Assembly (NCBI GenBank): GCA_023265515.1
Contig: JAHFSZ010000005.1
Coordinates: forward strand, 1 to 55,735
Direction of reading: 5' to 3'
DNA: 55,735 nucleotides
DNA from: Verrucomicrobiota bacterium
Lineage (GTDB): Bacteria; Verrucomicrobiota; Verrucomicrobiia; JABWAM01; JAHFSZ01
Positions 8,430 through 18,101 of this stretch are shown piece after piece (position 1 is the first letter of the stretch; the number at the start of each line of letters is the position of its first letter). The notes beneath the pieces are model-generated. The model did not search any database. It saw only the letters and a program-made list of their open reading frames with translations, and had not been told where the DNA came from. Made by a program: the position numbers and the translations under genes.

Positions 8430-9737
8430 CTAACCACCAGGCGGGTAAACCTCCAGCGGCCGGGGCTCGAGCCGGACCCGGCTCATGACGATCAGCCCGA
8501 TGAACATCACAAGAGCCATCGAAAAGAGCGCGGCGCGGTACTGGATGGCGGGCGAGTCCCGAAGAAAATAGACCATTCCACCCCAGATGAGCGGGCCGAC
8601 AATCGCGGCTCCCTTGTTCACGAGTCCGAAGATGGCGAACATCTGGCTCTTTTCCTCGGGGTGGCAAACTGCCATTAAAAAACTGCGCGACACCGTCCAG
8701 ATCCCGCCAAGGCCGGTCGCGATCAAGGCGCCAACGACATAAAAAACTTCCTTCGAGGTGTTCAACGTCCCGGCGATCAGTCCGACAACCCAGATACCCA
8801 TCACCACGAGCAACATTCGCCAATGGCCCCATTTGTCGCCGAGATGGCCGACGACAAAGGAGCCGATCAACGCGAAGAAAACCACCATGAAGAAAAAAAT
8901 ATCGATCTCGTCAAGCTGCACGCCGAGAAACGCCCGCTTGGTCTCCGACAAACCGACCACCTTGTTGGCGTAGATGCCCATGTACTGGATCACGGTGTGT
9001 GTGGCCTCGAGACCGATCAGGATGGCGATGAAAAACAGCAGGATCTCGCGGTGCCGGACGACGCGGTTCAACGTCACAAAAAATGCCTCCCAGCTGTTGC
9101 GCAGTCCATCGACGAACGAGACTCGGTGCAATCCCGGCTGCTCCCTTACGAAAAAAAAGAGCGGCAGCGAAAATCCGAGATAAAGCAGCGCGACCGGTAG
9201 AAAGATTCCCGTGTAACTGCCCGCGGCCGCGAAACGGCTCACGTAGAAAATCCCGATCACCGTGCCCAGATAGCCAACGCCCGTGCCTATTCCGGAGATG
9301 CGCGCCAGGTGCCGGTCGTCGGCCACATCGGCCAGCATGGCGTTGTAAAAAACCATGGCACACTGGGCGCCGATATTGGCCATCACAAAGTAAAACAGGC
9401 CCGTGCTCAGCGTGACGGCGCGGCCGATCATCGCCGTGAAGGCCACACCGATGAGCGTAAAAACCAGGACAAAGATCTTCCGCTTGCCAGTCTCATCGGA
9501 AATGGGACTTAAGGTGATCTGAAGAATCGCCGCGATCATCATGGAGACCGACATGGCGATGCCATACTGGATGTCCTGGCCTCCCTTCTCCTTGGTCACC
9601 CAGAAGGCAAAGTACCGGCTGATCACGCAGAAGGAGAAAAGCGTGTTGGCCAGATCATAAAGCGACCAGGAAATGACCGGCCATGTGAACCATTTCGGCC
9701 GCCGCGGCCAGTCGGAGTATTTTGAGAGGAATAACAT
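8430..9737 (-). CDS. MFS transporter (UMF1/Atg22-like)
   Basis: SWSLYDLANTLF, FYNAMLADVA...ISGIGTGVGYLG, ~12 TM. Confidence 0.85.
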   Translation of the reverse strand: MLFLSKYSDWPRRPKWFTWPVISWSLYDLANTLFSFCVISRYFAFWVTKEKGGQDIQYGIAMSVSMMIAAILQITLSPISDETGKRKIFVLVFTLIGVAFTAMIGRAVTLSTGLFYFVMANIGAQCAMVFYNAMLADVADDRHLARISGIGTGVGYLGTVIGIFYVSRFAAAGSYTGIFLPVALLYLGFSLPLFFFVREQPGLHRVSFVDGLRNSWEAFFVTLNRVVRHREILLFFIAILIGLEATHTVIQYMGIYANKVVGLSETKRAFLGVQLDEIDIFFFMVVFFALIGSFVVGHLGDKWGHWRMLLVVMGIWVVGLIAGTLNTSKEVFYVVGALIATGLGGIWTVSRSFLMAVCHPEEKSQMFAIFGLVNKGAAIVGPLIWGGMVYFLRDSPAIQYRAALFSMALVMFIGLIVMSRVRLEPRPLEVYPPGG

Positions 9738-9755
9738 CGATCCCCTTTTCTTAAT

Positions 9756-9783
9756 TGATAAATGCTAAATGATAAATGATAAA
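9756..9783 (+). repeat. Heptamer tandem repeat (TGATAAA)x4, one copy degenerate
   Basis: tgataaa-tgctaaa-tgataaa-tgataaa in the 51-bp gap between the divergent MFS gene and cdsA. Confidence 0.7.
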
Positions 9784-9788
9784 TAGCC

Positions 9789-10646
9789 ATGGTCTTTTGG
9801 AAGAGATTGAGCAGTTCAGTCTTTTTGTGGGCCGTCCTCCTGTTCGCGCTGTTCAAGCTGGGGAACCTGGCGTCGTGGGCGCTGACGCTCCTGATCTCCT
9901 CCATCGCGCTCGCGGAGTTCTACGATATTCTCACCCAGCAGAATCTGAAATCCTTCAAATTCGGCGGCCTGCTCGGCGGCGCGGTCCTGCTCTCGGGCAG
10001 TTGGTGGCACGGCCAGTACGAGCCTCAGTTTCTGGCAACCTTCGAAATGCTGACCCTTCTCTGCTTCGTCATGGGAGTCTTCATCCGCCAGCTTCCGCAG
10101 AACAAGAACCCGGAAGCCATCGAGACGATGGCCTATACGCTGCTGGGTCTCATGTATATCCCATTCCTGATGAGCTTCATCCCGAAGATCAACTATCTCT
10201 ATGGGCTGAACGGCCCCGGTCCGCTCTTTGTCTTCTACGTGGTGGCCGTCACGAAATGTTGCGATATCGGGGCCTACCTGGTCGGGCGCACCCTGGGACG
10301 CCACAAGATGACCCTCCGGATCAGCCCGAACAAAACCTGGGAAGGCGCCTTCGGCGGCGTTGTTTTTTCCCTGATCACCAGCTACACGCTCTTCCAAATC
10401 TGGGGCAAGGCCTGGACCCAGGTCGGCTTCACCCAGAACCATGCGATCATTACCGGCCTGCTCCTGGGCACGGTCGCAATCATCGGGGACCTGTCCGAAT
10501 CGCTGATCAAACGGGAAGCCAATATCCACGATTCCGGAGGAGTCCTGCCGGGAATCGGTGGAGCGCTCGACTTGATTGACAGTTTATTGTTCACGGCCCC
10601 GGCGATGTATGCTTACCTTGTGCTGGTGATCAACTGGAACCTCTGA
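9789..10646 (+). CDS. cdsA: Phosphatidate cytidylyltransferase
   Basis: CDIGAYLVGRTLGRHK...ISPNKTWEG and SESLIKREANIHDSGGVLPGIGGALDLIDSL signatures. Confidence 0.95.
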   Translation: MVFWKRLSSSVFLWAVLLFALFKLGNLASWALTLLISSIALAEFYDILTQQNLKSFKFGGLLGGAVLLSGSWWHGQYEPQFLATFEMLTLLCFVMGVFIRQLPQNKNPEAIETMAYTLLGLMYIPFLMSFIPKINYLYGLNGPGPLFVFYVVAVTKCCDIGAYLVGRTLGRHKMTLRISPNKTWEGAFGGVVFSLITSYTLFQIWGKAWTQVGFTQNHAIITGLLLGTVAIIGDLSESLIKREANIHDSGGVLPGIGGALDLIDSLLFTAPAMYAYLVLVINWNL

Positions 10647-10784
10647 GCCCGCATGGCTTCATAAAATAATGCCAACACTTTTCCAAACACCCCTAAAAAC
10701 TCCTCTTCATTCGGCTTTCTTTTTCCAGATCTGTGCTGTTTTCTAGCAATGCGCATGTTTAATTTGGCCTTATTTTACCGAAGG

Positions 10785-10878
10785 CGGAGGCATACTAGCG
10801 CATCAGCTGCGTTCCTCGGGACGAGCAGTAGTGACTACAGCTCGCCCTCGGGCCTTGCTGCTGCGCCGTCTGCCTCCG
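10785..10878. repeat. ~95-nt nested imperfect inverted repeat (REP/MITE-like or structured leader)
   Basis: Outer stem cggaggca/tgcctccg, middle gcgca-cagc/gctg-tgcgc, inner cgagc-gtag/ctac-gctcg. Confidence 0.5.
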
Positions 10879-10905
10879 TGAAGCTCATGCGGGCGGAAAA
10901 AAATT

Positions 10906-12066
10906 GTGAGTCATAAACAAACTAAAAAACGCCTGGTCCTTCTGGGATCCACGGGGTCGATTGGCCAGAGCACCCTCAAGGTGGTCGAAGACCTCCGGGA
11001 CCGGGTCGAGCTGGTTGGCATCGCGGCCGGGGGCGGCAGCCTCGACGAGCTGGCGCGCCAGGCCAGAACCCTGCGCGTCAAAAAAGTCGGTGTCTTTCAG
11101 AAATCCAAATACGCGGAGCTCAAGCGCCAGCTCGGCGGCGGGATCGAGTGTGTCTGCGGCGAGGAGGGACTCATCGATCTGGCAAGAATGCCGGAAGCGG
11201 ACATCGTCCTGATCGCCATCGTCGGCACAGCCGGGCTGCGCCCCGCGCTCGAAGCGATTCGCGCGGGCAAAGACATCGCCGTTGCCAGCAAGGAAATCCT
11301 GGTCATGGCCGGCGAGAGTGTCATGGGCGAGGCCGAAAAGCATGACGTCAAGGTCCTTCCCGTCGACAGCGAGCACAGTGCGATCTTCCAGTGTCTGGAA
11401 AACCGCCCGAAGAACCATATCAAACATCTCTGGCTCACCGCGTCAGGCGGGCCATTCCGGAAAAAGCCGAAGGAAGAGTTCGCCTCCATCACGGTACAGG
11501 ACGCCCTCAAGCATCCAACCTGGAACATGGGCAACAAGATCACCATCGACTCCGCGACACTGATGAACAAGGGCCTCGAAATGATCGAAGCCCGATGGCT
11601 CTTTGGAACGGACATCGACCAGGTCAAGGTCGTGATCCATCCGCAAAGCATCGTCCATTCGATGGTGGAATTCATCGATGGCTCGATTCTCGCCCAGCTC
11701 AGTGAGCCGAACATGCGCTACCCGATCCAATACGCGCTCACCTATCCCGACCGCGCGCCCAATACAATGGAACCGTTTGATTTCGGCCGGATGAATACCC
11801 TTACTTTCGAGACTCCCGACGACGAGCGGTTTCCGGCGCTCTCGCTGGCGCGCGAAGCAGGCCGGCGCGGCGGCACAACCCCGGCCGTTTTCAACGCCGC
11901 CAACGAAGTGGCCGTGGACTTCTTCGTCAAGGGAAAACTCAACTTCCCGGGCATCTGGGAGACCGTGGCCCGAACGCTCGCCGCGCACCGGACTGTTGCG
12001 CATCCATCGCTTGATATGATCGTGGAAGCAGACCGCTGGGCCCGCGAAGAAGCGGCCAAGGAGTAA
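10906..12066 (+). CDS. dxr: 1-deoxy-D-xylulose-5-phosphate reductoisomerase
   Basis: LGSTGSIG, ASKE, LPVDSEHSAIFQ, LTASGGPF, HPTWNMGNKITIDSATLMNKGLE, NAANE. Confidence 0.97.
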   Translation: MSHKQTKKRLVLLGSTGSIGQSTLKVVEDLRDRVELVGIAAGGGSLDELARQARTLRVKKVGVFQKSKYAELKRQLGGGIECVCGEEGLIDLARMPEADIVLIAIVGTAGLRPALEAIRAGKDIAVASKEILVMAGESVMGEAEKHDVKVLPVDSEHSAIFQCLENRPKNHIKHLWLTASGGPFRKKPKEEFASITVQDALKHPTWNMGNKITIDSATLMNKGLEMIEARWLFGTDIDQVKVVIHPQSIVHSMVEFIDGSILAQLSEPNMRYPIQYALTYPDRAPNTMEPFDFGRMNTLTFETPDDERFPALSLAREAGRRGGTTPAVFNAANEVAVDFFVKGKLNFPGIWETVARTLAAHRTVAHPSLDMIVEADRWAREEAAKE

Positions 12067-12078
12067 GAGGCGTCATTC

Positions 12079-13491
12079 ATGGAAAATTTTCTCATCTCGT
12101 CACTCAAGTTCCTTTATTGCACTTTCATGGTCCTGCTGCTCTTCAACCTGACCATCTTCGTGCATGAATACGGGCATTACCTGCTGGCACGCTGGCGAAA
12201 ACTGAAGGTCGACGAGTTTTCCATCTGGTTTGGCCCGGCGATCTGGCAAAAGAAGATCGGCGGCATCCTCTTTTCACTCCGCTCCATCCCGCTCGGAGGC
12301 TACGTCAAACTTCCCCAGCTCCAGCCCGACGATCCGATCGAGGGCAAGAGCGAAATTCCGAAAGAGGAGCTTCCCTACGCTCGCCCCGTCGACCGGATCC
12401 CGACGCTCTTTGCCGGAAGCGTTTTCAATTTTCTTTTTGCGATCCTCATCGCGTGCCTTCTCTGGGTGGTCGGCATTCCGGTGGACAAGTCATTCACCGA
12501 CACGACCATCGGCTACGTTCCGGAAAACAGTGCGGAAGCGGCGGCCGGTCTCCGAATCGGAGACAAAATCGTTTCCATCAACGGCAATGCGGTCCACGAC
12601 TGGATGGACATCAAGGCTGAAACCGCTCTGGCCACGACCTCCACCCTGAGCCTGTCGGTGCTCCGCGACCACGGAACGGAAGCCCTTCATTTTCAGCCGG
12701 CCAAAAACATGCTGGGAATCCGGGAACTGCAATCCGAGTCACGACAGGGTGTGGTGGTGGGCCGGGTGATCGATGGCACACCCGCCAGCCGGGCGGGCCT
12801 GAAAACGGATGACCACATTCTCTCCGTCGATGGCATCGAACTTCTCAGCCCCGATCATCTCGCCTCGATTGTTGCTCCGCGAATCGGCAAGGAATGCGCC
12901 ATCGTTCTCGAGCGAAATGGAAACCGGATGAATTTGACCGTAACGCCGGTTCTCGATCCGGACGCCCGCCGCGGCAAGATCGGGATCGGATTCAAGGTAT
13001 CAGAGGCCGACACCGTTCTCATCCATCCCAACCCCATCAAGCAGATCACCGAGGTGCTCCTGCGGATGGCGCAGATCATCAACGCGATTTTTCATCACAA
13101 AGAAACCGGCATCGGCGTCAAGGACCTCGCCGGACCCATCGGAATCGTCGACCAGCTCTACCAGATGGTCGCCGTGGACATCCGGCACGCGCTTTATTTC
13201 CTGGTCCTGCTTAATGTCAACCTGGCGATCCTCAACCTGCTTCCCCTGCCGGTCCTCGATGGGGGGCACATCATGTTTACAATACTCGAGTGGGCGCGAA
13301 GAAAGCCCCTGAATCACAAGCTGATGGAGGCGATCCAGATGACGTTTGTCATTCTCCTGCTCGCTTTTGTTGTTTACGTCTCGTTCAACGATGTGAAAAG
13401 ATGGCAATTGATGCATGGTTTTGGCCCGAAACCCGAAGCGGTCCCGGCGGGCCAGAACCCGGCATCCAACCGTCCCATGGATCGAAAATAG
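12079..13491 (+). CDS. rseP: RIP/S2P intramembrane metalloprotease with two PDZ domains
   Basis: HEYGH zinc motif, PLGGYVK, NLLPLPVLDGGH; canonical position after dxr. Confidence 0.95.
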   Translation: MENFLISSLKFLYCTFMVLLLFNLTIFVHEYGHYLLARWRKLKVDEFSIWFGPAIWQKKIGGILFSLRSIPLGGYVKLPQLQPDDPIEGKSEIPKEELPYARPVDRIPTLFAGSVFNFLFAILIACLLWVVGIPVDKSFTDTTIGYVPENSAEAAAGLRIGDKIVSINGNAVHDWMDIKAETALATTSTLSLSVLRDHGTEALHFQPAKNMLGIRELQSESRQGVVVGRVIDGTPASRAGLKTDDHILSVDGIELLSPDHLASIVAPRIGKECAIVLERNGNRMNLTVTPVLDPDARRGKIGIGFKVSEADTVLIHPNPIKQITEVLLRMAQIINAIFHHKETGIGVKDLAGPIGIVDQLYQMVAVDIRHALYFLVLLNVNLAILNLLPLPVLDGGHIMFTILEWARRKPLNHKLMEAIQMTFVILLLAFVVYVSFNDVKRWQLMHGFGPKPEAVPAGQNPASNRPMDRK

Positions 13492-13499
13492 AGCACGAA

Positions 13500-15554
13500 A
13501 TGAATCCAGCACCGTATTGTTTTCACCCGTTTTCTTATCAGCGGCGCAAGACCCGCGAGGTGAAGGTCGGATCTGTCGGCATCGGCGGCGCCAACCCGAT
13601 CCGCATCCAGTCAATGACGACCTCCGACACCATGAACACCGACGCCACGGTCAAGGAGACAATCGAGCTGGTCAAGGCGGGTTGCGAGATCGTCCGAATC
13701 ACCGCTCCGACCAGCAAGGACGCCCAGAACCTCAAGAATATCCGGGCCGAGCTGCAGAGGCGGAATATCCACGTTCCCCTCGTGGCCGACATCCACTTTT
13801 TGCCCTCGGCCGCCATGGAGGCCGTCAACCATGTCGACAAAATCCGGGTCAACCCGGGCAACTACGCCGACAAGAAGAAGTTCGCCATCCGCGAATACAA
13901 CGATGATCAGTACAATGAGGAGCTCCAGCGCCTCCATGACGCATTTTCCCCGCTGGTCAAGCGCTGCCTGTCGCTCGGTGTCGCCATGCGCATCGGCACC
14001 AACCACGGCTCGCTTTCCGACCGGATCATGAACCGCTACGGCGACACGCCGCTGGGCATGGTCGAGTCGGCGCTCGAGTTCGTCCGCATCTGCCGCGACC
14101 ACAACTATCACCAGATCGTCCTTTCCATGAAGGCCTCCAACCCGAAGGTCATGATCCAGGCCTACCGGCTGTTGGCTCAGCGGCTGGGCGAATTCTCCTG
14201 GGATTATCCCTTTCATCTCGGAGTCACGGAGGCGGGCGACGGCGAAGACGGGCGCATCAAATCCGCCATCGGAATCGGGTCGCTCCTGGACGATGGCATT
14301 GGCGACACCATCCGCGTCTCCCTGACGGAAGACTCGATCCATGAGATCCCGGTCGCGCGGGCCATCGCCGGGAAATACAACGAAGGCCGCGGCCCGGTCG
14401 CGAGGCTCGATCTCGGATCGATCGATCTGAAGGAGGTCCGCAATCCTTACGAATACACGCGCCGCAAGTCGCGCGAGGTGACGGTCGGCGATCTGGCGGT
14501 CGGCCACTCGGAAACAATCTGCGTCGAAATCCCGCTCGAGCTGCATGACCCCCGGTTGGAGCAAAACATTTTCGACGTCACCCAGGGCAACCGTGATGTC
14601 GTTGCCGAAATCATCCAGTTTCAGGCCAAGGGCGCCGCGGATTTTGAAAAAATCCAGGAGCTCCGCAGCGAAGAAGGCTCGGCGGCTGGATCGAACCTCT
14701 TTTCCGTCAATATCGGCAGCCAGGCCGCGCTGGTCGGACAGCTTCCGATCGGCATTGCCGAGAAGATCATTTTCGAACCCGGCGGCTCCTGGACCCCGGA
14801 ACACTTCGACAACCTGATCGATTACGCGCAGACCAACGAGGCCGCGCTCCAGATCAATCTCTGCGACAACAACTGCCACCACGGGAAGAACTTCTTTGAA
14901 CGTTGCCGCGACAAGGGATTCTTCGAGGTCCTCGTCGGCATTGGCCGCACCGAGAACGTCGGCCTGGTCCAAGGGTATCGTATTTTGGCATCCTATCTTG
15001 CCCAGCTGGAGATCGATTTTCCCATCCAGCTTCGAAACATCGACTCCTCTGGCGTCGGATCCGGTGACGAAAAGAGCCTCCTGCTCGAATCAGCCCGCAA
15101 CATTGGCAGCCTGCTCTGCGACGGCATCGGCGATTCAATCGAGGTGTCCGGCCCGGCACCGAAGGAGGCCCTGCGCTGGGCCTACAATATCCTGCAGGGA
15201 ACCGGCAACCGCATTACCAAGACCGAATACGTCTCCTGCCCATCCTGTGGACGAACTCTCTTCAATCTCCAGTCAACCACCGAGAGGATCAAGCAGAAGA
15301 CCGTGCACCTCAAAGGAGTCAAGATCGCGATCATGGGATGCATCGTCAACGGACCCGGCGAGATGGCAGACGCCGACTTTGGCTACGTCGGCGGCGCGCC
15401 CGGCAAGGTGAATCTCTACGTTGGCAAGGAGTGCGTCCAGTATCACGTCCCCGAGGCCGAGGCCGACCAGCGACTGATCGATCTGATCAAATCCCACGGC
15501 AAGTGGGTCGAACCCGAAACTTCCGCCCAACCAACCGGGCAGGCTCGCACCTGA
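13500..15554 (+). CDS. ispG: (E)-4-hydroxy-3-methylbut-2-enyl-diphosphate synthase, long three-domain type
   Basis: IQSMTTSDT, PLVADIHF, RVNPGN, RIGTNHGSLS, HLGVTEAG, GIGDTIRVSL, SCPSCGRT, MGCIVNGPGE. Start moved to ATG 13500. Confidence 0.96.
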   Translation: MNPAPYCFHPFSYQRRKTREVKVGSVGIGGANPIRIQSMTTSDTMNTDATVKETIELVKAGCEIVRITAPTSKDAQNLKNIRAELQRRNIHVPLVADIHFLPSAAMEAVNHVDKIRVNPGNYADKKKFAIREYNDDQYNEELQRLHDAFSPLVKRCLSLGVAMRIGTNHGSLSDRIMNRYGDTPLGMVESALEFVRICRDHNYHQIVLSMKASNPKVMIQAYRLLAQRLGEFSWDYPFHLGVTEAGDGEDGRIKSAIGIGSLLDDGIGDTIRVSLTEDSIHEIPVARAIAGKYNEGRGPVARLDLGSIDLKEVRNPYEYTRRKSREVTVGDLAVGHSETICVEIPLELHDPRLEQNIFDVTQGNRDVVAEIIQFQAKGAADFEKIQELRSEEGSAAGSNLFSVNIGSQAALVGQLPIGIAEKIIFEPGGSWTPEHFDNLIDYAQTNEAALQINLCDNNCHHGKNFFERCRDKGFFEVLVGIGRTENVGLVQGYRILASYLAQLEIDFPIQLRNIDSSGVGSGDEKSLLLESARNIGSLLCDGIGDSIEVSGPAPKEALRWAYNILQGTGNRITKTEYVSCPSCGRTLFNLQSTTERIKQKTVHLKGVKIAIMGCIVNGPGEMADADFGYVGGAPGKVNLYVGKECVQYHVPEAEADQRLIDLIKSHGKWVEPETSAQPTGQART

Positions 15555-15572
15555 TTCCAGCAGCGCCGCCGG

Positions 15573-16226
15573 CTAAGATGCCAGGCTTTCGTAGTTCTGC
15601 TCCGTAATATAGCGGTAATACTTATCGAAGAGGGCATCCGCGTCCTGCGGGTCGCCCTCCGGGTTGATTCTCTCGATTTTGGGAAGGATGGCGGCCGAAA
15701 GAATTCCTTCCTCGAAAGCTCTTTTAACGCCAACACCGTAAAGGATCACGGCATAGAGGCGGGGAACATTCGCCGGTAGCTGGTCGATTTCCTGATCCGT
15801 CAACAGTGGAATGCCGATCAGCGATGCGACCGCGTCGGCGTCAGGGTATTGTTTGAGAATGTCAAGATAGACCTTGTTCGGCATGCCGGCGCCGGTTCCC
15901 CGCGACATGTCGTCGATTTTGACGGTGACCCGCCCAACGATTTTGAATTTGCCTTCATACGGGCCGAAGCCCCGATTGAAGCCTTGGGTTTGCCCGCGGA
16001 ATACCGGGCTGTCGACGCTCGAATCCATCATCACGAGCACGAGCTTCGAACCTTCGGGAAGTTCCTGACCCAGCCGTTTGCCAAGCCCCTCGGTCGCGGC
16101 CGCCTGGCGGCTGACATCGATCTTGGGAGACCTTTCGCACTGCGTCAAGAAGAGGGAAAGAATCGAAATCACAATGGCCGCGATGCAGATGCCGGTCACG
16201 AGGGGTTTCTGTGCGCCCAAATTCAC
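15573..16226 (-). CDS. Hypothetical membrane-anchored periplasmic alpha/beta protein
   Basis: Single N-terminal TM (ICIAAIVISILSLFL), then a globular domain. GTG start at 16226 is a guess. Confidence 0.6.
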   Translation of the reverse strand: MNLGAQKPLVTGICIAAIVISILSLFLTQCERSPKIDVSRQAAATEGLGKRLGQELPEGSKLVLVMMDSSVDSPVFRGQTQGFNRGFGPYEGKFKIVGRVTVKIDDMSRGTGAGMPNKVYLDILKQYPDADAVASLIGIPLLTDQEIDQLPANVPRLYAVILYGVGVKRAFEEGILSAAILPKIERINPEGDPQDADALFDKYYRYITEQNYESLAS

Positions 16227-16466
16227 CGTTTGATCATATAATGAATGGCTTCGATCAACGCAACGATTTTTCCCCCACACTTTCCAGTCGGATCTGCCCA
16301 AAAATCTTGCTTCTGGAGAAGATCTTGTCTTACGGTGCCCGCTCGGCCGGGATGGAAGAAAGTGCGGGGCTTTTCCTTTTGACAGATTCTAGCCTTTTCG
16401 TGATGATCCCCAGCCGAGGAGTTTGCCTGCACCCGACACGGCCGCAGGCGAGTTCAAGCCGGGCCG

Positions 16467-17393
16467 ATGACACACACTCAAACCATCTTTTGGGCGATCA
16501 TTGTGCTTTGCCTGGCCATGCCGGGGCGGGCTCAGCAAACCCAAGTCCAGCAGCAATCCCAGCAGGGGGCCGTCGAAGAGATCCGGCGGGCACAGAAGTA
16601 CGTCGTTGTTCCCAAACTTTCACCTGAGGACCAGGAGGAATTCGGCGAACAGGTCGTCCTCACCGAAAAACCCGTCCAGCCGATCTTCACGGGTTACACC
16701 GACAACCAGCTGCTTTTTGAGTCCAACGCCCTCCTGACCCACGGTAACGAAGAAAGTGACATGCTCTTCATTTCCACAACCGGCTTCGGCATCCAGCCGC
16801 CCCTTCCGGAGGATTGGAAAAAAGTGATTTTGGTTTTCAACGGCCGCTTCCAAGCGTACCGTTACAATGATCAGAACCAGCTGAACTTTCACATTTACAC
16901 CGGCGGCGTGACCGCCGGCTACCAGGTGGACGACCTCCTTTCGGTCCTCACCGGCCACAGTTACAACATTTACTACAATGAGGAGTCGTACGACAAATTT
17001 TTCGAGGAAACCGATCACTTCATCAGCGTCAATCGCGCGATCCCGATCGCAGACGATCTGGCGGCCTTCGTGGGCGCGCAGGTCCAGTACCGAAATACCG
17101 CTCCGGCGCGCTTTTCGCGGATGGAGTACGACCTTTTCGGCGGCGTGCGTTATGCGCTCGACGAAAAGTGGGTCGCGCAGATCTACGAGCGCGCCGAATA
17201 CCAGGATTATGTCGCGAACTTCACCCGCCACGACTGGAATCTCCAGTCGGTGCTGTCGCTGACCCACTATTTCAACGAATGGGCCAGCGCCCGGATCATG
17301 GGGCACTACACTTACAATAATTCGAGCATTAACGTCCTCGACTACCAAAATTTCGAGTCTGGCGGGGCGATTACTTTTACCGCTCAATTTTAA
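16467..17393 (+). CDS. Outer-membrane beta-barrel protein
   Basis: Signal peptide, alternating aromatic/hydrophobic strands, C-terminal Phe (ITFTAQF). Confidence 0.75.
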   Translation: MTHTQTIFWAIIVLCLAMPGRAQQTQVQQQSQQGAVEEIRRAQKYVVVPKLSPEDQEEFGEQVVLTEKPVQPIFTGYTDNQLLFESNALLTHGNEESDMLFISTTGFGIQPPLPEDWKKVILVFNGRFQAYRYNDQNQLNFHIYTGGVTAGYQVDDLLSVLTGHSYNIYYNEESYDKFFEETDHFISVNRAIPIADDLAAFVGAQVQYRNTAPARFSRMEYDLFGGVRYALDEKWVAQIYERAEYQDYVANFTRHDWNLQSVLSLTHYFNEWASARIMGHYTYNNSSINVLDYQNFESGGAITFTAQF

Positions 17394-17413
17394 GGTCACA
17401 TGCGGGTGACCCG

Positions 17414-17872
17414 ATGGTTTTGAAAATCATCTCAGGGGGCCAGACGGGGGCCGACCGCGCGGCGCTGGATTTCGCCATTGCCCACAACATCGCCCACGGC
17501 GGCAAATGTCCGAAGGGCCGGCTCGCTGAAGATGGCGAACTCGCCGCGAAGTACCGGCTCTCCGAGACGCCCCAAGCGGAGTTCATCCACCGGACGCACG
17601 CCAACGTCCAGGAAAGCGACGGGACCGTGATCTTTACGCTCGGCCCTCTTCGGGGCGGCAGCCGCGTGACCGCAGGCTATGCGGCGAAGCGCGCAAAACA
17701 CTGTCTTCACCTCGATCTGAAGGCATTCCCGGTGAAAGAGGCGGCCAAACACCTTCAGAAATGGATTCGGGAAAACAGGATCCGGGTTCTGAATGTCGCC
17801 GGGCCGCGCGCCGGTCATGCGCCGAAAATTTACCAGCTCGTGATCGAAACCCTCGAAACCGCTTTCATGTGA
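17414..17872 (+). CDS. Putative molybdenum-carrier / YpsA-type SLOG family protein
   Basis: KIISGGQTGADRAALD...GGKCPKGRLAEDG...RT..NV..SDGT...VLNVAGPR. Confidence 0.85.
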   Translation: MVLKIISGGQTGADRAALDFAIAHNIAHGGKCPKGRLAEDGELAAKYRLSETPQAEFIHRTHANVQESDGTVIFTLGPLRGGSRVTAGYAAKRAKHCLHLDLKAFPVKEAAKHLQKWIRENRIRVLNVAGPRAGHAPKIYQLVIETLETAFM

Positions 17873-18101
17873 GCTGTCGCCAGTCCGAAAGAAAAAGCGT
17901 CCTTGCTTTTTCCATGGGATTTCGTCCTGCTCAGGGCGGCCATTTCTTCGAAGCGGCGTTACTGCCGAGATTCCAAAAACGCGCTTTTGGTGGGCATTTG
18001 AGCCAAAAAGGCTCTGAAAACGCCCTGATCCATGAAAAGCTTTTTTGACACCAGGCCCTCGGATGGGCTATGTTCCCCGTTTGAGCCAGCGGCCAGGTTC
18101 C

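Noticed and set aside
9756-9783. TGATAAA repeats as a Fur box
   Set aside because: Fur boxes are GATAAT hexamer arrays or 7-1-7 inverted repeats; this is a direct repeat with period 7.
17414-17872. Functional link between the 'molybdenum carrier' gene and the Mo nitrate reductase
   Set aside because: They are 15 kb apart with unrelated genes between, and the family name is only a putative annotation of a SLOG-fold protein.
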